A stretch of 59,424 bases of DNA from positions 1-59,424 of the forward strand of contig JAJZIU010000002.1 in assembly GCA_021810455.1 (NCBI GenBank), written 5' to 3'. The stretch comes from Candidatus Micrarchaeota archaeon (lineage in GTDB: Archaea > Micrarchaeota > Micrarchaeia > Micrarchaeales > CABMGC01). The notes beneath the pieces are model-generated. The model was not told the DNA's origin. It saw only the letters and a list, made by a program, of their open reading frames with translations, and did no database searches. The position numbers and the translations under genes are program-made. Positions 55,817 through 59,424 of this stretch are shown here, one piece after another (positions within the stretch are counted from its first letter, which is position 1; each line of letters opens with the position of its first letter).

Positions 55817-57537
55817 AGTTTCTTTTCAACAAAAAACGAACCTATAGAAAGATTCTTCGCCCCTGTATTAAGTAATGTCCATATTGCGTTTTCAGGGTTT
55901 ATGGCTATTGGAAAACCGTGTTTGTTAAGGCTAGTGTTGAGTACCGCACCAATACCTGTTTTCTTTTTAAGTGTTAAAAGAAGTTCGCGATAAAGCTTAT
56001 TTTCATTCCCGAGCATCTGAGGCCTCGTAGTTCCGTCTATATGCGAAGCGGCAGCCAAGCTTCCTGCGTTATCCTTATTTACATTGTAAGCTACAGTCAT
56101 GAATCTATTTGTTTTTGCTGCGTTTTCTAGTAGTTCATTTTTATCTTCTTCCAGAATCGTGCTCGCGAATGGTTGGTAATAAGGGCGCTTCTTTATTATC
56201 AGATTTATGGCTTTCCTATTTTCGATCTTGTTTGCCAAAGCGATTACACTCCTGTTTCCTAATGCCCTCGGACCGTATTCCATCCTACCTTGAAACCATA
56301 GGAATATGTCGTTTTTATCAACCATTTTTTCTGCAGTAAACCCAGCTATATCTACTCTTTCTTCATATGTTATCTTATTCTCTGAAGAATACTTTTTTAA
56401 CACATGTTCTATTTCTTCTGGGGAATACTCTGGACCGTAGTACACATTATCTATCTGCTTGTGGTTTATCCTGCCATTTGTGAGGAAATCCACATAAAAA
56501 GCTGCTCCAAGAGCAAGACCTCCATCGCCCATTTGAGGAAAAACAAAAAGATTGTCTACTTCGGGTAGTTGATTTACCAACATATTTACTATAACATTTG
56601 AGAAAAACCCACCAGCAACAGCAACATTGTGGATGTTTGTCTCATGTATGTACTGCTTTATGATCTTGAGAACTTGAGATTCCACATGGCGTTGTACTGC
56701 ATATGCAAAAGCTTCTCTTTCATGATTCCAAAGGAAATGATTTTTTAGGTATTCTGCTAGAAGATATTCGAATTTCGGTCCCTTTTTGCTTACTAGTTGA
56801 CGTTTATGTTCATCATAGTGCACCACATCATTTAATTCCTTTATCTCTGTGGGATAAGAATATGCAGCAAGGCTCATTAATTTGCCTTCGTCTTCACTAT
56901 ATCGCATATCCAATGCGATAGTAGCTGCTCCGTAGAATATACCGAGACTTGATCCTGCATTGAATTGGTTTATTCGTTTGATTGTGCCATTGTCACCTAT
57001 GGAAACAGTGCCGCTTAACCCATCACCGGCTCCATCCAGAGTTATAATTAATGCTTCTTTGAATCCTGAAGGATAATAAGCCGAGGAAGCATGTGCAAGA
57101 TGATGATCAACAAAATGTATCTTTTTATTTATTCCGAAATTCGATAATCTTTTGCTAATAATCCGCGTACCTATGCCTACACCAGCCCTTTTCCACAATG
57201 ATTTTGGCCTTTGGTTTTGCATAACGTTAAAAATCATGTTTCGGAAATTAAGACTTAGATTTGATGGTTTTTTGACTTCCTTTCTCCAAAGCATCCTTCT
57301 ATTTGCCTCTAGTTTAGGATACATTCTTGCAAAAAGTGCGCTGCCTCCGTACCAAGGAACTGCTATATTTTGCACGTCTTCGGATGTTTCAAGTAAATAT
57401 CGTATAGAATGAATTGGAAACCCAACATCATTCTTCTTTTTAGTGAATCTTTCCTCGTTTATTGCGCCTTTTATCACACCATCGGCTACTGTTGCAGCAC
57501 CGGCATCGTGCATATCATGAATACCAAGTGTTGTCAT
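55813..57537 (-). CDS. Carbamoyltransferase (NodU/CmcH family)
   Basis: HDAGA, EERFTKKK, HHLAHASSAY, TLDGAGD, EGKLMSLAAY, GRMEYGPRALGNRS, PFAS, HIDGTTRPQ, LNTSLN. Confidence 0.95.
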   Translation of the reverse strand: MTTLGIHDMHDAGAATVADGVIKGAINEERFTKKKNDVGFPIHSIRYLLETSEDVQNIAVPWYGGSALFARMYPKLEANRRMLWRKEVKKPSNLSLNFRNMIFNVMQNQRPKSLWKRAGVGIGTRIISKRLSNFGINKKIHFVDHHLAHASSAYYPSGFKEALIITLDGAGDGLSGTVSIGDNGTIKRINQFNAGSSLGIFYGAATIALDMRYSEDEGKLMSLAAYSYPTEIKELNDVVHYDEHKRQLVSKKGPKFEYLLAEYLKNHFLWNHEREAFAYAVQRHVESQVLKIIKQYIHETNIHNVAVAGGFFSNVIVNMLVNQLPEVDNLFVFPQMGDGGLALGAAFYVDFLTNGRINHKQIDNVYYGPEYSPEEIEHVLKKYSSENKITYEERVDIAGFTAEKMVDKNDIFLWFQGRMEYGPRALGNRSVIALANKIENRKAINLIIKKRPYYQPFASTILEEDKNELLENAAKTNRFMTVAYNVNKDNAGSLAAASHIDGTTRPQMLGNENKLYRELLLTLKKKTGIGAVLNTSLNKHGFPIAINPENAIWTLLNTGAKNLSIGSFFVEKKL

Positions 57538-57668
57538 TTTATCAGATTATTAATAGATTGTTAAGTAGTACAGATTTAAACCCTTTAGTACAGGTCTGGT
57601 TTTGGTTTTATTGAAATAGATAGTCTTATATCCTTTAACCCATTAATATCTTCATAAGGGCAGATATT

Positions 57669-57935
57669 ATGAAGCTTAACATAATAGAAGATGAACCTAA
57701 GAATCTTATAATTGAATTCGATGAAGTAGATAGGGGTGTAGCGGAACTCATAAAAGATAAATTATATAAGAATAAGGAAGTCGAATTTGTAACGGTTATG
57801 CAAACTCATCCGGAAACAGGAAAGCCAAGACTGATAGTTAAATCTACAAAAAATGCAAGAACACTAGTCCTAAAATCATTGGAAGATCTGCAAGAGGAAT
57901 TTAAAGAACTCACATCCCAGTTCCCTAAAAAATGA
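57669..57935 (+). CDS. rpoL: DNA-directed RNA polymerase subunit L (Rpo11)
   Basis: 88 aa; VEFVT...HPETGKPRLIVKS pattern typical of RpoL/RPB11. Confidence 0.75.
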   Translation: MKLNIIEDEPKNLIIEFDEVDRGVAELIKDKLYKNKEVEFVTVMQTHPETGKPRLIVKSTKNARTLVLKSLEDLQEEFKELTSQFPKK

Positions 57936-58492
57936 AGGCTACATTGAAGAAAGGCATACGAATACTCGCAATTGATGATGCGAGATACACAAAAGGTAAT
58001 GGGAAGGTTCTGGTAGTAGGTGTTGTTGGCAGGGATGAAACTGTTGAAGGTGTTTTGTCATTTCTAGTAGATCATGATGGAAATGATGCCACAAAAAAAG
58101 TTTATGCTTCATTGAAAAAATCAAGATTTGGAGACCAAGTAAAACTTATTGTTATAAATGGGATAACATTAGGAGGATTGAACATTGTAGACATGCAATA
58201 TTTAGCAAAAAATACAAGCATACCTGCAGTTGGTGTCACTAGGAAAAAACCACACATAGAATTACTCAGAAAAGCAGTGATGAAAAGTGAGAGAAATTCG
58301 GATAAATTAACCATACTGAACAACGTATCTAAACATGTCAAAATTTACAAAATGAAAGGATACTACGTACAATGTTTCGGAGTTAGTAAAGAAAGTTTAC
58401 TACCTTTTGCAGATAGTATTATATCGCTACTTAGACTTGCGCACATCATAGCCAGAGGAGTATCATCAGGAGAGTCGAAGGGAAGAATATGA
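57932..58492 (+). CDS. DUF99/UPF0215 endonuclease V-like protein
   Basis: RILAIDD, VDHDGNDAT, GITLGGLNIVD, LRLAHIIARG, GESKGR. Confidence 0.85.
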   Translation: MKATLKKGIRILAIDDARYTKGNGKVLVVGVVGRDETVEGVLSFLVDHDGNDATKKVYASLKKSRFGDQVKLIVINGITLGGLNIVDMQYLAKNTSIPAVGVTRKKPHIELLRKAVMKSERNSDKLTILNNVSKHVKIYKMKGYYVQCFGVSKESLLPFADSIISLLRLAHIIARGVSSGESKGRI

Positions 58493-58497
58493 TGGAG

Positions 58498-59226
58498 TTA
58501 TCTCTTAAGATTTTTCATTAATGCGAGTACTTCACCATACTCTTTGAAATTTCCATTTGATTTTGCAATTTGAGCGCCTTCTTCTAAAGCCTTAATAGCA
58601 GCATCCTTGTTACTGCCAAAACCCAATATTGTACCATTAGCCTCAACGTTTGCGTAGGATATTAACGTTTTTACAGCCTTTTCAGAGTATTCTGACTTGA
58701 GTGCAGGAAAACCGAATTGTGAAGCTATCTGAGATGCATCATTGTAAAATTTTGCAGCGCGCACAGGATAGTCGGAATAATCATTTCCTAGTTTAACATA
58801 TTCGTTTATCGCATATTTTGCTATATCCCTTGAAATTTTTGTATTTCCAGAGGCTTGGATTTGATCTGCCAACATCATCGTGCTTTGAATTGCCGAGATA
58901 GGATTGACTATGGCTTGTGATTCTGCGTTTTCCATCCCGATCTTTATTGGAGAATTATTTGGCATGCGATTTAGCCATGTTTGTGAAGAAACACGGGTTT
59001 GAACTTCTGGAGACTTTTGTAATTGGGTAGAATTTCCATTTGTACTTAGTATAAGTACTGCTGCAGCAGCCCCAGCAACAACTGCATTTCTAACAAGTTT
59101 AGAAGGATTGACACGCCAAGTTTTTCTAGTTGAAGGTTTTCTTACCACTTCAGATAATTCTACATTATGCATTTTTGTTAATGGTTCCTTATTTGTGCTA
59201 TTGGATTTAATTTTCATATAAAACAT
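58498..59226 (-). CDS. Hypothetical protein with a single N-proximal TM helix and an alpha-helical repeat-like C-terminus
   Basis: AVVAGAAAAVLIL hydrophobic stretch; Ala/Tyr-rich helices. Confidence 0.6.
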   Translation of the reverse strand: MFYMKIKSNSTNKEPLTKMHNVELSEVVRKPSTRKTWRVNPSKLVRNAVVAGAAAAVLILSTNGNSTQLQKSPEVQTRVSSQTWLNRMPNNSPIKIGMENAESQAIVNPISAIQSTMMLADQIQASGNTKISRDIAKYAINEYVKLGNDYSDYPVRAAKFYNDASQIASQFGFPALKSEYSEKAVKTLISYANVEANGTILGFGSNKDAAIKALEEGAQIAKSNGNFKEYGEVLALMKNLKR

Positions 59227-59297
59227 TCCTCACGAATAGAGCTTGTAGTACGAGTAAAGTAGTATTGATCTTGATATTTAAATGTTTCTATATCATG

Positions 59298-59424
59298 GGC
59301 TGTGTCCAATAAATACGACCAAATGATGATATCCGACACTAGGATTAGTGATGTTTAATTCAGGCGATGTATCTGTTGTACATCACTGCCTTTAAAAGAA
59401 GTTCTTTTTCTATCATCTTTGTCG
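59298..59424 (-). mobile_element. Probable end of an IS5-family (IS903-like) element, truncated by the window edge
   Basis: Minus-strand C-terminus TKMIEKELLLKAVMYNRYIA* (59360-59422) resembles archaeal IS5 transposase ends; GGCTGTGTCCAATAAA (59298-59313) resembles the IS903 terminal repeat GGCTTTGTTGAATAAA. Confidence 0.5.

Overview
AT-rich, densely coding archaeal chromosome segment. It is most consistent with a DPANN (Micrarchaeota/ARMAN-like) genome, an inference from the archaeal information genes, a tRNA with a non-canonical T-loop BHB intron and the 'SQSAMEYLMTYGW' class III signal-peptide proteins. Housekeeping content: HMG-CoA reductase, UbiA-type prenyltransferase, Sua5, endonuclease IV, ArgRS, a complete A/V-type ATP synthase operon (H-I-K-E-C-F-A-B-D), a sufB-D-C-S operon, a Rad50-like ATPase, FtsZ, PyrF, the rps19e-PDCD5-rpl39e-rpl31e-aIF6-pfdA-ftsY cluster, RpoL and two tRNAs. 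Most notable: (1) a decayed IS110-family (IS1111-type) element at ~30427-31551 with 14-bp sub-terminal inverted repeats, whose 3' non-coding region carries four short guides matching its own target and donor junctions around a TG core, i.e. a readable bridge/seek RNA; (2) a stand-alone GGDEF protein with an intact RxxD I-site in an archaeon; (3) a tandem array of pilin-like LamG/beta-propeller surface proteins with conserved ends, variable cores and a (CT)9 tract; (4) a Cys-tailed HTH regulator with a perfect palindromic operator heading the suf operon; (5) an unexplained nested stem-loop at 30202-30309. All calls are by eye from motifs; no searches were run.
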